Of a stretch of DNA of 64,000 nucleotides, positions 42,795 through 53,636 are shown piece after piece. The notes under the pieces are model-generated. The model saw nothing but the letters and a program-made list of their open reading frames with translations, was not told the DNA's origin and made no database searches. How positions within the stretch are numbered: the first letter of the stretch is position 1; every line of letters begins with the position of its first letter. Position numbers and translations under genes: made by a program. Location of the stretch: positions 87,538 through 151,537 of the forward strand of contig CAVWCX010000023.1 of assembly GCA_963753595.1 (NCBI GenBank), in the 5' to 3' direction. Origin of the DNA: Candidatus Methanoperedenaceae archaeon. Its GTDB lineage: Archaea > Halobacteriota > Methanosarcinia > Methanosarcinales > Methanoperedenaceae.

Positions 42795-43391
42795 AGCTAA
42801 AAAATTACGATTACCATTTGATAATCCTGACCACGCTCATCCTTTTTGCAATAGGGGCACTTAGCTTATACGGAATTACTTATTACAATTATCTTGCAGT
42901 CGATTCCCAATGGACAGAAACCGCACAATACAGCCAGTATATTGATAAAATGGATTCATACCTTTATCCCTTCCTGGTATTGCTTCTTATTTCACTGGGT
43001 CTTTGCATTCCTAAAAGGCTCTTTGAACAGGATATCCTGATAAAATTCAGCGCTGCTATCCTGGGAATAACAGTGATCATTACGGTTTTATCTGATATTG
43101 AGAAGGGATTGGGATTTATCCTTGCGGTAATGACCATCGTCCAGGCCATTGTTCTTATAATGACGATCAATAAGAGCAAATCCATCAGGTTTGAAAAGGA
43201 AGGATACATTGCAAGGATCGGCTCATCGTTCCTGCATCTTGGGTTTGTTATTATTATTTTGAATTTTGTGAGTATGAGGGATAGTCCATTTTCACCTGTT
43301 GATTTTCTGGATTGGGGTAGTATTGATTACGGTGGGGAATTTGTTTTCGTTTTATCCTGAGAAGATGGGTTTGATGTGGGCGAATGATTGA
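42791..43391 (+). CDS. Membrane protein, possible CcmF C-terminal partner (+1 frameshift near 43292)
   Basis: ATGA overlap with the upstream heme lyase. Several TM helices with an HLG motif. Removing one T extends a final TM helix to TGA at 43391. Confidence 0.55.
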
Positions 43392-43582
43392 GTCTTTTTA
43401 TTAGGTTCCCTCGGTTTATGTCATTTGAACTTTGTAAAGTTTTATTTGTTTCAATTCACCAACATGGTTATGTAAGGATACAATACTATTTCGGTATGCT
43501 TCGAATGAATTTTTTAAAATATTACGTAAATTAAGCAAAGTTAGGGCTTGAAGATTCAGTTCTTGTATCATTGGAGTTAACC

Positions 43583-43879
43583 TCACATATTTATTCTAAA
43601 TAAAAGTCTTAAAATTTCTTTTTTCTCTTTGTATTTTTTATCTGCCAGTATTTTTTTATCTTTTTCTTCTTTCGTATACTTGGGACGTTCAAAATTCTCT
43701 TCTTTTGTTGCTCCATAAAATGCGCCTGTAATAGCTGATATTACAATAATGACTAATGCAACAAAAACATAATTAGGATTACTAGTGTTTGTCAAAAAAG
43801 CTATAATAAAAGATATTATAAATCCCCAAATAAACCCTTTAATTGTATAATTCAACATGTTGAATAGTAGTTTGCCCAT
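43583..43879 (-). CDS. Hypothetical two-TM protein in an AT-rich segment
   Basis: Two hydrophobic helices plus a charged tail. Confidence 0.5.
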   Translation of the reverse strand: MGKLLFNMLNYTIKGFIWGFIISFIIAFLTNTSNPNYVFVALVIIVISAITGAFYGATKEENFERPKYTKEEKDKKILADKKYKEKKEILRLLFRINM

Positions 43880-43923
43880 ATCTATAACCTTTCTTTTCTA
43901 TTTCTAGATTTTTTTCGTGACAG

Positions 43924-44111
43924 GCTTTGGGTTTATCCGATATTCCATGTCCTCTTTGGTCATATGTAATCACTGTATACTTTTTAGAGAAAAACTCAAT
44001 TTGAGAGTTACATACCGAGCAATCGCACAATCATCCATGAGAAAAGATGGAAGGTTCACCTTCGCCCTGCATCTCATAATATAATTCAATATCATTCACT
44101 TTAATTTTCAA
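43924..44111 (-). pseudogene. Alpha/beta-hydrolase 5' fragment
   Basis: KIKVNDIELYYEMQGEGEPSIFSHG*..QIEFFSKKYTVITYDQRGHGISDKP. Internal TGA and truncated. Confidence 0.75.
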
Positions 44112-44375
44112 TGCCCTCTTCTAATGTTATTTATTATCATATTTTACCCCCAATTTTAATAATAAACAGTTTAATTAATATATTCTATTATTACTTTAAA
44201 TAGCTTACGAAACTGTAATGGGCATTCATAAAAGTTAGGTGTCTCCCCCCAGCGAAAAAAAAGCGATAGATACCCTCATGCACCTAATCTTGATGCTTCT
44301 GCACCATAACATAACGGTTTTTATGTAAGATATTGTACCTTACATAATTACCAACAAGAATTGAAATCGCGATAT

Positions 44376-44590
44376 TTATTTCTTATAAACATCCTCCAGC
44401 TCTAACATCTTCTCCCCCACACCCTCGATCGTCCTGTAAAAACACGACCTGTATCCGGTATGGCAGGTGTCACCTATCTGCTCGATCTTGAGCACAATAG
44501 CGTCACAGTCTATCAAAATATCATGAACGATCTGCTTATTTCCTGAGCTTTCCCCTTTTTTCCAGAACTTGCGCCTGCTCCGGTAATCTC
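44376..44590 (-). pseudogene. hisI: Phosphoribosyl-AMP cyclohydrolase (HisI) C-terminal remnant
   Basis: SR...[13 protein letters not shown] and [12 protein letters not shown]-terminal half absent and CDxD motif damaged. Confidence 0.75.
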
Positions 44591-44731
44591 TTTTTGTTTC
44601 GATGGAGAGCTTCCCATGAATGCGACGAACTTCATCTGTTTTATAAAAAATTGTCACAGAAGTCCGATTGACACCAAAAAGGTTAAGTTATATAAATGTA
44701 TATTAATAATTGTAAATATGGAGGTATGTTA

Positions 44732-45265
44732 ATGAAAAATAACCTTTTAATAGCTGTTTTAGCTATTGGAATAGTCGCTTTAAGCGGTTGTGTCCAGAGT
44801 CAAAGTGAAACGGGAACATTAGTCATGAAAATAACCGATGCCCCTGCCAATTTAAGCATAGAGAAGGCTTTAGTTTCGATATCTGATGTGGAGGTACACC
44901 TGGCTGGAACTAATGAAGATGTGAATGCAACAAATGAATCGGGATGGTTTACAGTTGTTAAAGAAGAAAAGACATTTGACCTGATAAAAATAAAAGATGT
45001 AAAAGAGTTATTAGGAAATTCAGAGCTAAATGCTGGCAAATATACTCAAATACGATTGAATATTAACAAAGCGTTAGTGACAATTAATGGAACTGAACAT
45101 ACTCTGACAATTCCGTCTAAAACAATAAAACTAATTAAACCATTTGATATTGTTAAAAACCAGACAACAACACTAACATTGGATTTTGATGCACAGGAAT
45201 CTATCAAATCCGCAGGAAAAGACAAGTACGTCATGAATCCGACTGTTAAGGTGATACAAGAATAA
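44732..45265 (+). CDS. DUF4382 family lipoprotein
   Basis: LSGC lipobox. ITDAP, GKYTQIRL, IPS..IKL and LDFDA motifs. Confidence 0.85.
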   Translation: MKNNLLIAVLAIGIVALSGCVQSQSETGTLVMKITDAPANLSIEKALVSISDVEVHLAGTNEDVNATNESGWFTVVKEEKTFDLIKIKDVKELLGNSELNAGKYTQIRLNINKALVTINGTEHTLTIPSKTIKLIKPFDIVKNQTTTLTLDFDAQESIKSAGKDKYVMNPTVKVIQE

Positions 45266-45334
45266 TTTCTTTTTTTCAACTTCTAACACAGTTTTATTTT
45301 TTCATTTTTGTTTTTTAATATTACTGCGAAGAAT

Positions 45335-46195
45335 CTATGAACTCGCTTTTGCGCTTGCAGCTAAAAAATCACGCACAAGCTTTGCTCCAAGTACTGCCGT
45401 CCCGCCTGAATCATAAGCTGGGGCTATCTCGACAAGGTCAAAACCCACAATCTGGGGGGCGAGGCATGATATTACAGCCCTCACATCACGGGGTGTTATC
45501 CCGTATGGTTCAGGAGTACCAAGAGCGGGTGCATAAGCCGGGTCGATCGCATCCATATCTATAGATAAATAAACAGGTCCTTTGATATAATCACGAAATT
45601 CAGCAATGATTTTTTCAATTCCTTTATAATAAACATCTTCTGCCGTGAACATTTTTATTTTATTTTCACTAACATACTCATATTCTTCGCGGGTTCCACT
45701 CCTTATCCCTATTGAAACATATTTTTGGGTCAGATCATCAATGACATGCCTTGATATGCATGCATGGCTGTTCTTCTCACCATGAAATTCCTCCCTTAGA
45801 TCCATATGCGCATCAAGAACCACAAATCCCAGTTCAGGATATTTATTTTTGCAGGCTTTTACAAACGGGTATGAAAGGGAATGTTCCCCGCCCAGCATTA
45901 CAGGGATCTTCCCATCGTTGACATATTTATTGGCGTATTTTGAAATCCCGGAGAGCGTATCATCGATATTGTCAGCTACTTCAAGGTTGCCGGCATCATG
46001 GATGTCCACATCTGCAAGGTCAAGATCAAAAAAACTGCTATAAGTCTCAAAATTATATGATGCGGCTCTCATTTCGTCAGGCGCAAGCCTGCTTCCGAGC
46101 CTGTAGCTTGAGGTACCATCAAACGGCACCCCGCAAATCACATAACGGGCTCTTTCGTAATCGGAATCAGCATCTGCAAAAAGAGCCTGATGCAT
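45335..46195 (-). CDS. speB: Agmatinase
   Basis: GVPFD.T.S, GGEHS, DAHMD and SIDMDAIDPAYAP motifs. Adjacent to aIF5A. Confidence 0.93.
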   Translation of the reverse strand: MHQALFADADSDYERARYVICGVPFDGTSSYRLGSRLAPDEMRAASYNFETYSSFFDLDLADVDIHDAGNLEVADNIDDTLSGISKYANKYVNDGKIPVMLGGEHSLSYPFVKACKNKYPELGFVVLDAHMDLREEFHGEKNSHACISRHVIDDLTQKYVSIGIRSGTREEYEYVSENKIKMFTAEDVYYKGIEKIIAEFRDYIKGPVYLSIDMDAIDPAYAPALGTPEPYGITPRDVRAVISCLAPQIVGFDLVEIAPAYDSGGTAVLGAKLVRDFLAASAKASS

Positions 46196-46582
46196 TTAAG
46201 TACGTATGTCTATTTTCATTTTACCCATGGCGACCAGATATGAAATATCTTTTCCGACTTCAATCAGTCCCTTATATTCTTCGGGTATTTTGAGCTCAAG
46301 TGTGGAATAGTCGGCGTTATCCATTATCTGGCAGACATCGCCTTTTATGGCCAGGACCTGTCCATTCTTCCTTTCTACGACAGGGACATACGTCTTATCC
46401 GTAACTGGCTGCACGATTGATCGTTTTGTACCGTCAAAAATGCCTATGGCATCGATCCTTGCTTTTGCTGAACCATGTTTTCCCGTTTTTGCATGAGAAA
46501 TGCTTTTGATGACACATGGTTCATCATCAATTAAGACATATTTTCCTTCTTTTAATGTCCGAACTTCAACTTGATCCTTCAT
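46196..46582 (-). CDS. eif5a: Translation factor aIF5A
   Basis: KTGKHGSAK hypusination loop. Confidence 0.96.
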   Translation of the reverse strand: MKDQVEVRTLKEGKYVLIDDEPCVIKSISHAKTGKHGSAKARIDAIGIFDGTKRSIVQPVTDKTYVPVVERKNGQVLAIKGDVCQIMDNADYSTLELKIPEEYKGLIEVGKDISYLVAMGKMKIDIRT

Positions 46583-46700
46583 TGTAAATCTCCTTGCCTC
46601 ATGATAGCGTCTTATATATTAAATATAACGTCTATAATCATGTAACTCTATCTATCAAATTACATAAGTATATCACTTTTAAGTATTATTAAGCCGGATA

Positions 46701-47354
46701 ATGTCGCAGTATGACTCTGAATTTTTTGACTTTTTCACGCATCCCGATAGCCCCGAATTAATGGTGGCAGAGGCAAGGAAGTATGGCTATTCCGGAATAG
46801 TTGTCACGAATCCAAAAGTCAATGAGGATATCATTCTTCCCGAGGATTTTTCTATATACAAAGGTGTCGAGATCCAGGCAAAGTCATCAAGGATACGGGA
46901 AGAAATAAAAAAACACAGGGACTCAAATCTTATCTTGCTTGTCAGGGGAGGAGAAGAAGATATAAATCGTGCAGCTGTGGAATCAGAGGGTCTTGACATA
47001 CTTTTGCAGCCTTCTGAATTTAATAATGTTCTTGCTAAAGCTGCGAGTGATAATTCTATAGCTATTGGATTTAACCTTGGTCTACTCATAAGGCTAAGGG
47101 GGGATGTGCGCGTACGGGAATTAAAGAATATGAGGATAATTCTTAAACACGCAAGGAAATACAAACTCAAAATGATCCTCACAAGTGATTCGAGTTCAGT
47201 TTATGACCTTCGTTCCCCGAGGGAAATGGTCGCGCTTTCAAGCCTTTTCGGAATGACGCCTTTTGAAGCCATTGACTCAATGAGTGTAACACCAAAAAGC
47301 ATACTTCGAAGAAAAAGCCCCGCATATATTAAGGAAGGCATTGAAATAATATGA
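46701..47354 (+). CDS. rnp3: RNase P protein component 3 (Rpp30)
   Basis: NRAAVE and YDLRSPRE motifs. Superoperon context. Confidence 0.88.
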   Translation: MSQYDSEFFDFFTHPDSPELMVAEARKYGYSGIVVTNPKVNEDIILPEDFSIYKGVEIQAKSSRIREEIKKHRDSNLILLVRGGEEDINRAAVESEGLDILLQPSEFNNVLAKAASDNSIAIGFNLGLLIRLRGDVRVRELKNMRIILKHARKYKLKMILTSDSSSVYDLRSPREMVALSSLFGMTPFEAIDSMSVTPKSILRRKSPAYIKEGIEII

Positions 47355-47716
47355 AAACACTGCCCACCTTACGTGAAAAAAAGAGATATATCGCGTTTGA
47401 AATCAATTCAGAGAAGACGATAAACAGGCAGGAACTGGTCAGGGAGATATCGAATTCAATAATTTCCTTGTTTGGAGATAAAGGAGCAAGTGAGATAAAT
47501 CCCTCGCTCATGTCATTTGAGGGAAGATTCGGGATCCTTCGCTGCAATCGTGAAAAAACAAATGAAACAAGGGCAGGTCTTGCCTGCATCAATAATATTC
47601 ACGGAATACGCGTTTCAATTCTCGTACTTGGCATATCCGGCACAATCAAAGGTGCAACGGAAAAGTTTATACAAGAATCACTCGTTAAAGAGTCAGAACC
47701 CGAAAAAAGAATATAG
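47351..47716 (+). CDS. rnp2: RNase P protein component 2 (Pop5/Rpp14)
   Basis: LPTLREKKRYIAF, LFGD.G and SGTIK motifs. Confidence 0.92.
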   Translation: MKTLPTLREKKRYIAFEINSEKTINRQELVREISNSIISLFGDKGASEINPSLMSFEGRFGILRCNREKTNETRAGLACINNIHGIRVSILVLGISGTIKGATEKFIQESLVKESEPEKRI

Positions 47717-47766
47717 AAATAACAGAATATAGTAAATTACGGTTTTTCAATTAAGGAGATGATAGA

Positions 47767-48540
47767 ATGCAAATGGCACCACAAATGGGATATGACAGGG
47801 CAATAACTGTTTTCAGTCCTGATGGAAGATTATTTCAGGTAGAATATGCGCGTGAAGCTGTCAAGCGCGGAACAACGGCAGTTGGGGTAAAAGCCGTGGA
47901 TGGAGTGGCACTGTTGGTTGATAAGCGCGTTACCAGCAAATTACTTGAAGCGGAATCGATCGAAAAGATATTCCAGATCGACGATCACATAGGAGCCGCC
48001 ACATCAGGTCTTGTTGCAGATGCCAGGGCGCTCATTGATCGCGCCCGCGTTGAAGCCCAGATAAATAAAGTTACTTATGATGAACCCATAGGCGTTGAGG
48101 TCCTATCCAAGAAAATATGCGACTTCAAACAATCATATACGCAATACGGGGGTGTCAGGCCTTTTGGGACTGCCCTGCTAATCGCAGGAGTTGATGACCA
48201 CCGTGCACGCCTTTTTGAAACCGACCCGAGCGGTGCCCTGCTTGAATATAAAGCCACAAGCATCGGTTCAGGAAGAACAGAGACTATGGAAGTCTTTGAG
48301 AAAAAATATACCGACGATATTAAACTGGAAGACGCGATTATCCTTGGCCTTGATGCACTTCACAGCACGACAGAGGGAGTTTTTAACGCATCTACTATCG
48401 AAGTCGGGATAATTGAACTTTCAACCAGGAAATTCAGGAAACTCACCCCATCGGAAGTGGAGACATACGTGGAACGGGTCATAAAGATGCACGCCTCCGA
48501 AACAAAGGGAAAGGATAAGAAAAAAAAATCTGAAGAGTGA
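47767..48540 (+). CDS. psmA: Proteasome alpha subunit
   Basis: [20 protein letters not shown] signature. Confidence 0.97.
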   Translation: MQMAPQMGYDRAITVFSPDGRLFQVEYAREAVKRGTTAVGVKAVDGVALLVDKRVTSKLLEAESIEKIFQIDDHIGAATSGLVADARALIDRARVEAQINKVTYDEPIGVEVLSKKICDFKQSYTQYGGVRPFGTALLIAGVDDHRARLFETDPSGALLEYKATSIGSGRTETMEVFEKKYTDDIKLEDAIILGLDALHSTTEGVFNASTIEVGIIELSTRKFRKLTPSEVETYVERVIKMHASETKGKDKKKKSEE

Positions 48541-48547
48541 GGAAAAT

Positions 48548-49243
48548 ATGGTCACTCTTGATGAGTCCATAATAGCGCGTCTTAAGGCCCATGGAAAAAC
48601 ATTTGAAGTTTTTGTAGAACCGGAGGGAGCGCTGGCTTTTAAAAAAGGCGATTCGGTGAAGATCGAGAACATCCTTGCAGTGGAAGAAGTGTTCGAAGAT
48701 GCAAAGAATGGTGACAGGCCGGCTGAACAGGATGTTATCAATGCATTCGGGACTAACGATGTATTAAAGATCGCAGAGAAAATTATCAAGGATGGGGAAC
48801 TTCATCTTACCACAGAGCAGAAAAAGAAGCTACAGGATGAAAAAAAGCATCGTGTAATAAGCATAATTGCGACAAATGCCATCAATCCCCAGACAAAAGG
48901 CCCGCATCCACCGGCACGCATCGAAGCGGCCATGGATGAGGCTGGTGTGCACATCGATCCAATGAAAAATGTGGACGAGCTTGTAGAGATCGCAATGAAA
49001 GCGATAAGACCCCTCATCCCGATACGATTTGAGGAAGTAAAGATCGCTATTAAGCTTCATGCAGAATATGCGGTAAAAGCGTATGGTAGTGTTGCAGGAT
49101 TTGGAACCCTGACAAAGCAGGAATGGCAAAATGACGGTTCCTGGATTGGTGTTTTAACTATTCCGGCGGGAAGACAGGATGAATTGTACAGCCTCCTGAA
49201 CCGGCTGACAAAAGGGAGTGCGGAGACAAAGTTCATAAAGTGA
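48548..49243 (+). CDS. Ribosome maturation protein SBDS/SDO1
   Basis: FEVFV, PQT..PHPPARIE and EWQNDGSW motifs. Confidence 0.95.
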   Translation: MVTLDESIIARLKAHGKTFEVFVEPEGALAFKKGDSVKIENILAVEEVFEDAKNGDRPAEQDVINAFGTNDVLKIAEKIIKDGELHLTTEQKKKLQDEKKHRVISIIATNAINPQTKGPHPPARIEAAMDEAGVHIDPMKNVDELVEIAMKAIRPLIPIRFEEVKIAIKLHAEYAVKAYGSVAGFGTLTKQEWQNDGSWIGVLTIPAGRQDELYSLLNRLTKGSAETKFIK

Positions 49244-49248
49244 TGTAA

Positions 49249-50109
49249 ATGGATAAAAAATTAGTAATTCCGGGTGAATTCTTATCAGATGATGTAAAGC
49301 TTGCTGATGAGGGTACATATGTTGAAGATGGTAAAGTATTTTCATCAGTATTTGGTATAGCATCATTGAAAAACCGTATTAAAGTCGTGCCTCTGTCAGG
49401 CAAATATATACCCAGGCAGGGCGACCTTATAATAGGCATAATCGCTGAAGTATCTTTTTCGAACTGGATAGTTAATATTCGGTCCCCTTATGAGGGTTTA
49501 CTGCATATATCCGAATTCCCAAGACGAATAGATAACTCGGAAATGTCAAAATATCTGAAAGTCGGTGATTCAATAATGACGCTTGTAAAGGATGTTGACC
49601 AGAGCATGAAGGTCGAACTTACATTGAATGACCAGAGACTGAGGCAGATAAAAGACGGACGTGTGATCGAAGTAACACCTTCCAAGGTGCCAAGATTGAT
49701 AGGCAGGAGCGGCTCGATGATCGCTATGCTGAAAAATGAGACGAACTGCAATATATTTATCGGGCAAAATGGCAGGGTATGGCTTACAGGGAAAGATAAG
49801 AATCTTGATCTTGCAGTAAGAACTATCCAGAAAATCGAGAACGAATCTCATATTCCGGGTTTGACGGACAGGATAGTCAAATTCTTAAAAGAAGAAAAAG
49901 GGATTCCAGTCAAACAACCTGAAAAAAAGAAAGCCAAAAAAGAAGAGGATAAGAAGCACGAACAGGAACCTGCAGAAGAAACTGTAAGAGACGAAATAGT
50001 AACAGAAGAAACAACCCTTGAAGAAACAGCCGGAGAAGATGCAGAAGAACCTGAGAACGGCAAAGAGAATACATCCGGCGGGATATTGGATGAACTGCTG
50101 GATAAATAA
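49249..50109 (+). CDS. rrp4: Exosome RNA-binding subunit Rrp4 with acidic C-terminal tail
   Basis: S1 and KH domains (KVPRLIG, GQNGRVW). Confidence 0.95.
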   Translation: MDKKLVIPGEFLSDDVKLADEGTYVEDGKVFSSVFGIASLKNRIKVVPLSGKYIPRQGDLIIGIIAEVSFSNWIVNIRSPYEGLLHISEFPRRIDNSEMSKYLKVGDSIMTLVKDVDQSMKVELTLNDQRLRQIKDGRVIEVTPSKVPRLIGRSGSMIAMLKNETNCNIFIGQNGRVWLTGKDKNLDLAVRTIQKIENESHIPGLTDRIVKFLKEEKGIPVKQPEKKKAKKEEDKKHEQEPAEETVRDEIVTEETTLEETAGEDAEEPENGKENTSGGILDELLDK

Positions 50110-50161
50110 TATGTCTTGTATGAAATGATAAGGAACGAGGAAGAAAGAGAAGAGGAATCTT

Positions 50162-50893
50162 ATGGTAAAACCAGAAAAGTTAATTGAAAACGGTATTCGC
50201 CTTGATGGCAGAAAACCAGATGAAATAAGACCCATCAAAATAAAGGTGGGCGTTTTGAACAGGGCTGACGGTTCATGTTATTTTGAATTCGGAGGGAACA
50301 AGGTAATTGCGGCGGTATATGGGCCGCGGGAAGTACATCCCCGACACCAGCAGAAATCAAACAGCGCAGTTGTTCGATACAGGTATAATATGGCATCGTT
50401 CTCAGTTGAAGAACGAAAACGCCCCGGACCTGACAGGAGAAGCATTGAAGTCTCAAAGGTGAGCAGGGAAGCCCTGGAACCTGTTATTTTCCAGGAATAT
50501 TTCCCACGTTCAGCCATAGATATCTTTGTGGAAGTACTCCAGGCTGACGCAGGTACAAGGACGGCGGGAATTAATGCCGCATCCATAGCTCTTGCCGATG
50601 CCGGCATACCAATGAAAAGCCTGGTTTCGGCTTGTGCAGTTGGCAAGGTCGATGATACGCTTGTTCTTGACCTGAATAAAGATGAAGATAATTATGGGCA
50701 GGCCGATATGCCAATTGCCATGACACCAGATGGAAAGATCACTCTGTTGCAGATGGATGGTCATCTTACCAGGGACGAATTCAAGGAAGGGCTTGAGATG
50801 GCAAAGAAAGGATGTCTTGAGATCGCGCAAATGCAAAGAGCAGCACTCATGGAAAAATATTCCTCCCTGATAGAAGGTGAAATCAATGAGTAA
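50162..50893 (+). CDS. rrp41: Exosome exonuclease Rrp41
   Basis: [17 protein letters not shown] and QADAGTR motifs. Confidence 0.96.
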   Translation: MVKPEKLIENGIRLDGRKPDEIRPIKIKVGVLNRADGSCYFEFGGNKVIAAVYGPREVHPRHQQKSNSAVVRYRYNMASFSVEERKRPGPDRRSIEVSKVSREALEPVIFQEYFPRSAIDIFVEVLQADAGTRTAGINAASIALADAGIPMKSLVSACAVGKVDDTLVLDLNKDEDNYGQADMPIAMTPDGKITLLQMDGHLTRDEFKEGLEMAKKGCLEIAQMQRAALMEKYSSLIEGEINE

Positions 50894-51665
50894 TGAAATA
50901 ATGTCCGAACTTCGTAAAGATTATATCTATAATCTGATGATCAAAGGGGAAAGAGAAGATGGGCGAAAATTTGACGAATACAGGGAGATAACAATTGACA
51001 CGAATGTTATTGAAAAGGCAGAAGGCTCAGCACGCGTCAAACTTGGGGATACACATGTGGTCGTAGGTGTTAAGATCCAGACAGGCACACCTTTCCCTGA
51101 CACACCTGATAAAGGCGTGATCATTACAAATCTTGAACTGATCCCTCTTGCTTCGCCTGTATTTGAGTCAGGCCCGCCAAGGGAAGATGCCATAGAACTT
51201 GCCAGGGTAGTTGACAGGGGCATCCGTGAATCCGAATCCATTGACCTATCCAAACTGTGTATAACGCCTGGAGAAAAAGTATGGATGGTTTTCATTGATG
51301 TGCATGTCCTTGATGATGGCGGAAACATTATGGATGCTGCATCCCTGGGCGCCATAGCAGCTCTTATGACTGCAAAATTACCAGCACAAAAGTTTGGTGT
51401 GGGAGAAGACACGCCTGTCCCTATGAGAGATGTGCCGGTGGCCGTAACTGCAGTTGAGATCGGTGGCAGTATTATGCTGGACCCTTCACTGAATGAACAA
51501 AGCATAGCTGGAACAAAATTGACAGTGATTTCTAACCAGGATGGCGGATTATCAGGTATGCAAAAGAGCGGTGTTTCTCCACTTACAACTGAACAGATAA
51601 ATTATATAGTGGATATTTCAATTGAGAAGGCAAAAGAATTAAGAGAAAAATTCCTGGAGATATAA
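50886..51665 (+). CDS. rrp42: Exosome subunit Rrp42
   Basis: [17 protein letters not shown] and [13 protein letters not shown] motifs. Confidence 0.96.
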   Translation: MSNEIMSELRKDYIYNLMIKGEREDGRKFDEYREITIDTNVIEKAEGSARVKLGDTHVVVGVKIQTGTPFPDTPDKGVIITNLELIPLASPVFESGPPREDAIELARVVDRGIRESESIDLSKLCITPGEKVWMVFIDVHVLDDGGNIMDAASLGAIAALMTAKLPAQKFGVGEDTPVPMRDVPVAVTAVEIGGSIMLDPSLNEQSIAGTKLTVISNQDGGLSGMQKSGVSPLTTEQINYIVDISIEKAKELREKFLEI

Positions 51666-51667
51666 TC

Positions 51668-51973
51668 ATGGCTAAAATCAGTTCAAAAGGACATAAATCA
51701 AGATCCGCCGGAAGATTTGGTGTAAGATACGGAACAAAGGCCCGAAAACTTGTTGGCGATAGTGAAGAGAAAATGCGGGCCGAATATACATGTTCTAAAT
51801 GCGGCGCAAAGAAAATATCAAGGATCGGTACAGGCATATGGCAGTGCTCCAAATGTGAACACACATTTGCAGGAGGCTCATATGTTCCACAAAGCCCGGC
51901 TCATACAACAGTCTTAAGAGCAGTTCAGGCTGTAAAAGCTGAAATTAATAAACAATTAGCTTCAGCAAGATAA
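51668..51973 (+). CDS. rpl37ae: 50S ribosomal protein L37Ae
   Basis: GRFGVRYG, C..C...GIWQC..C and FAGGSY motifs. Confidence 0.96.
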   Translation: MAKISSKGHKSRSAGRFGVRYGTKARKLVGDSEEKMRAEYTCSKCGAKKISRIGTGIWQCSKCEHTFAGGSYVPQSPAHTTVLRAVQAVKAEINKQLASAR

Positions 51974-51982
51974 GGATCCAGT

Positions 51983-52120
51983 ATGGTTTATAAATGTACC
52001 CGTTGCAAGCGGGCAGTAGAGATAGATTATGAATATAGCGGCGTCCGTTGCCCTTATTGCGGCCATCGTATCCTTGTCAAGGAAAGACCTGTACTTGTAA
52101 AACAGGTTAAAGCCGAATGA
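51983..52120 (+). CDS. rpoP: RNA polymerase subunit P (not in the ORF track)
   Basis: Translated by hand: [45 protein letters not shown]. Confidence 0.95.
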   Translation: MVYKCTRCKRAVEIDYEYSGVRCPYCGHRILVKERPVLVKQVKAE

Positions 52121-52545
52121 TCATTACCACTGCACGAAAACCATCTTCAAAAACACGAATATTCTGCAAACATTTAGGCAGGTTCACGGGCTGGAAATAT
52201 GTGACCCGTGGAAAAGCAAGCCTTCTGGAGTTTGCAGATAAACCTTTTTTATTAGTAGGTGAATACAAAGGAAACCCTGGCAGCTTCAGTTTTTTTTTAA
52301 ATGGCAAATGTGTTCTCTCAATTCGTGCCAATGTATCACTCGATAAAGATATCGGTATTGGGATCGAACCTGTGATCCAGGGAAATAACTCCCTGGCGCT
52401 TGATATTAGTAAAGTGACCGGCTTAAGAACAGGAGAAAAAGCAAAACGGGTCATAATGGTAGATGATAATATTGAATTTACCAGTGATGGTGAATCCTGT
52501 ATTAAATTAAAAGTGCTGGAAGTACGAGGCGAGGGTAGTGTTTGA
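52117..52545 (+). CDS. Brix-domain ribosome biogenesis protein
   Basis: [13 protein letters not shown] and EYKGNPG motifs. Confidence 0.88.
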   Translation: MIITTARKPSSKTRIFCKHLGRFTGWKYVTRGKASLLEFADKPFLLVGEYKGNPGSFSFFLNGKCVLSIRANVSLDKDIGIGIEPVIQGNNSLALDISKVTGLRTGEKAKRVIMVDDNIEFTSDGESCIKLKVLEVRGEGSV

Positions 52546-53485
52546 CCTATTCAGGAAAGAAGAGATACAATCCCTGAAAGCAAGGATCTCACAGCTTGAG
52601 GAAGAGAACAGGATACTTTCCCTGCAGCTTGACAAAAAAGAAGATAAAGCCAAAAAAACGATCGCAACAAAACAGGATGTTGACCGGGAATTAAATGAAG
52701 CCAGGAATAAGATATCCTCCCTTACGAACGAGATACAGATACTGAAACAGGAAACATCACAGGAGTTTAAATTCAGGATGTCTGAAAGCCTGTCCAAAAA
52801 CAGGCTTGAAGAGATACTTTTCTTAATTGGCGCAATGAAAGCGAAAATTTCGACATTGATAACGGTTTACCTTGAAAAGGATAAGGAACTTGTGGAGGTT
52901 TCTAAAGATACAGCAAATCTTTTTGACAGTTCAGCTTTGCATCTTATTGAAAAAATAGAATCAACCACCGGGAAAATTATTCTTTACGATATCAACAGGA
53001 TAGTTAACCTTGTAATTATACCGGTTTTTCCAATTCTTACTTCAGAATGTGTCCTGAACACGCAATTCGAACTTGGGCCTTTAAAAAAGAATCTTGAATA
53101 TGATAAAATACTGGTTGTCAATACCCATGCTGGTGAGACCATTATTGGAATTGTCGAAGAGGATTCTTTTGTGGAACATGAGATCGTAAGAAGTAGTGTT
53201 ATGGGAAAGCATAAACAGGGAGGATGGAGCCAGAAGCGATTCCAGAGCCTCGTGGAAGAGGATGTAAAACATCATGCGAATAAAGTAAGGGCTGCACTTG
53301 ATCCAATGCTTTTGAGGCATAAGGACATACAATATGTTCTTGCAGGCGGAGAGGGCAAATTGATAAAAATGATCCTGGAAGGATATGATTTTCCCCTGGT
53401 TACAAAGAGTATGGATACAATTCCAGATGGGAATGTTGACCAGGTGTTAAGGGATGTATTGGCCGTCAGGTGTTACTGGATTTAA
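52538..53485 (+). CDS. Archaeal VLRF1 (Vms1/aRF1-like) family protein with N-terminal coiled coil
   Basis: V.GKHKQGGWSQKRF motif. Confidence 0.8.
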   Translation: MFDLFRKEEIQSLKARISQLEEENRILSLQLDKKEDKAKKTIATKQDVDRELNEARNKISSLTNEIQILKQETSQEFKFRMSESLSKNRLEEILFLIGAMKAKISTLITVYLEKDKELVEVSKDTANLFDSSALHLIEKIESTTGKIILYDINRIVNLVIIPVFPILTSECVLNTQFELGPLKKNLEYDKILVVNTHAGETIIGIVEEDSFVEHEIVRSSVMGKHKQGGWSQKRFQSLVEEDVKHHANKVRAALDPMLLRHKDIQYVLAGGEGKLIKMILEGYDFPLVTKSMDTIPDGNVDQVLRDVLAVRCYWI

Positions 53486-53636
53486 CGCCAGGAACAGTTA
53501 ACGTGCCAGGTATAAATACAAGAACGCAAATAGAAATAGTATAGTGGGGGAAAAGATGTGTGCAGTCCAGAATATAAAAATATATATGTAGCAAGTCTTA
53601 TCATAGACGATTAATAGTGCGAAATGGGATGTAATA

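Noticed and set aside
46701-53485. RNase P-proteasome-exosome superoperon as a novelty
   Set aside because: This is a well-known conserved archaeal gene order.
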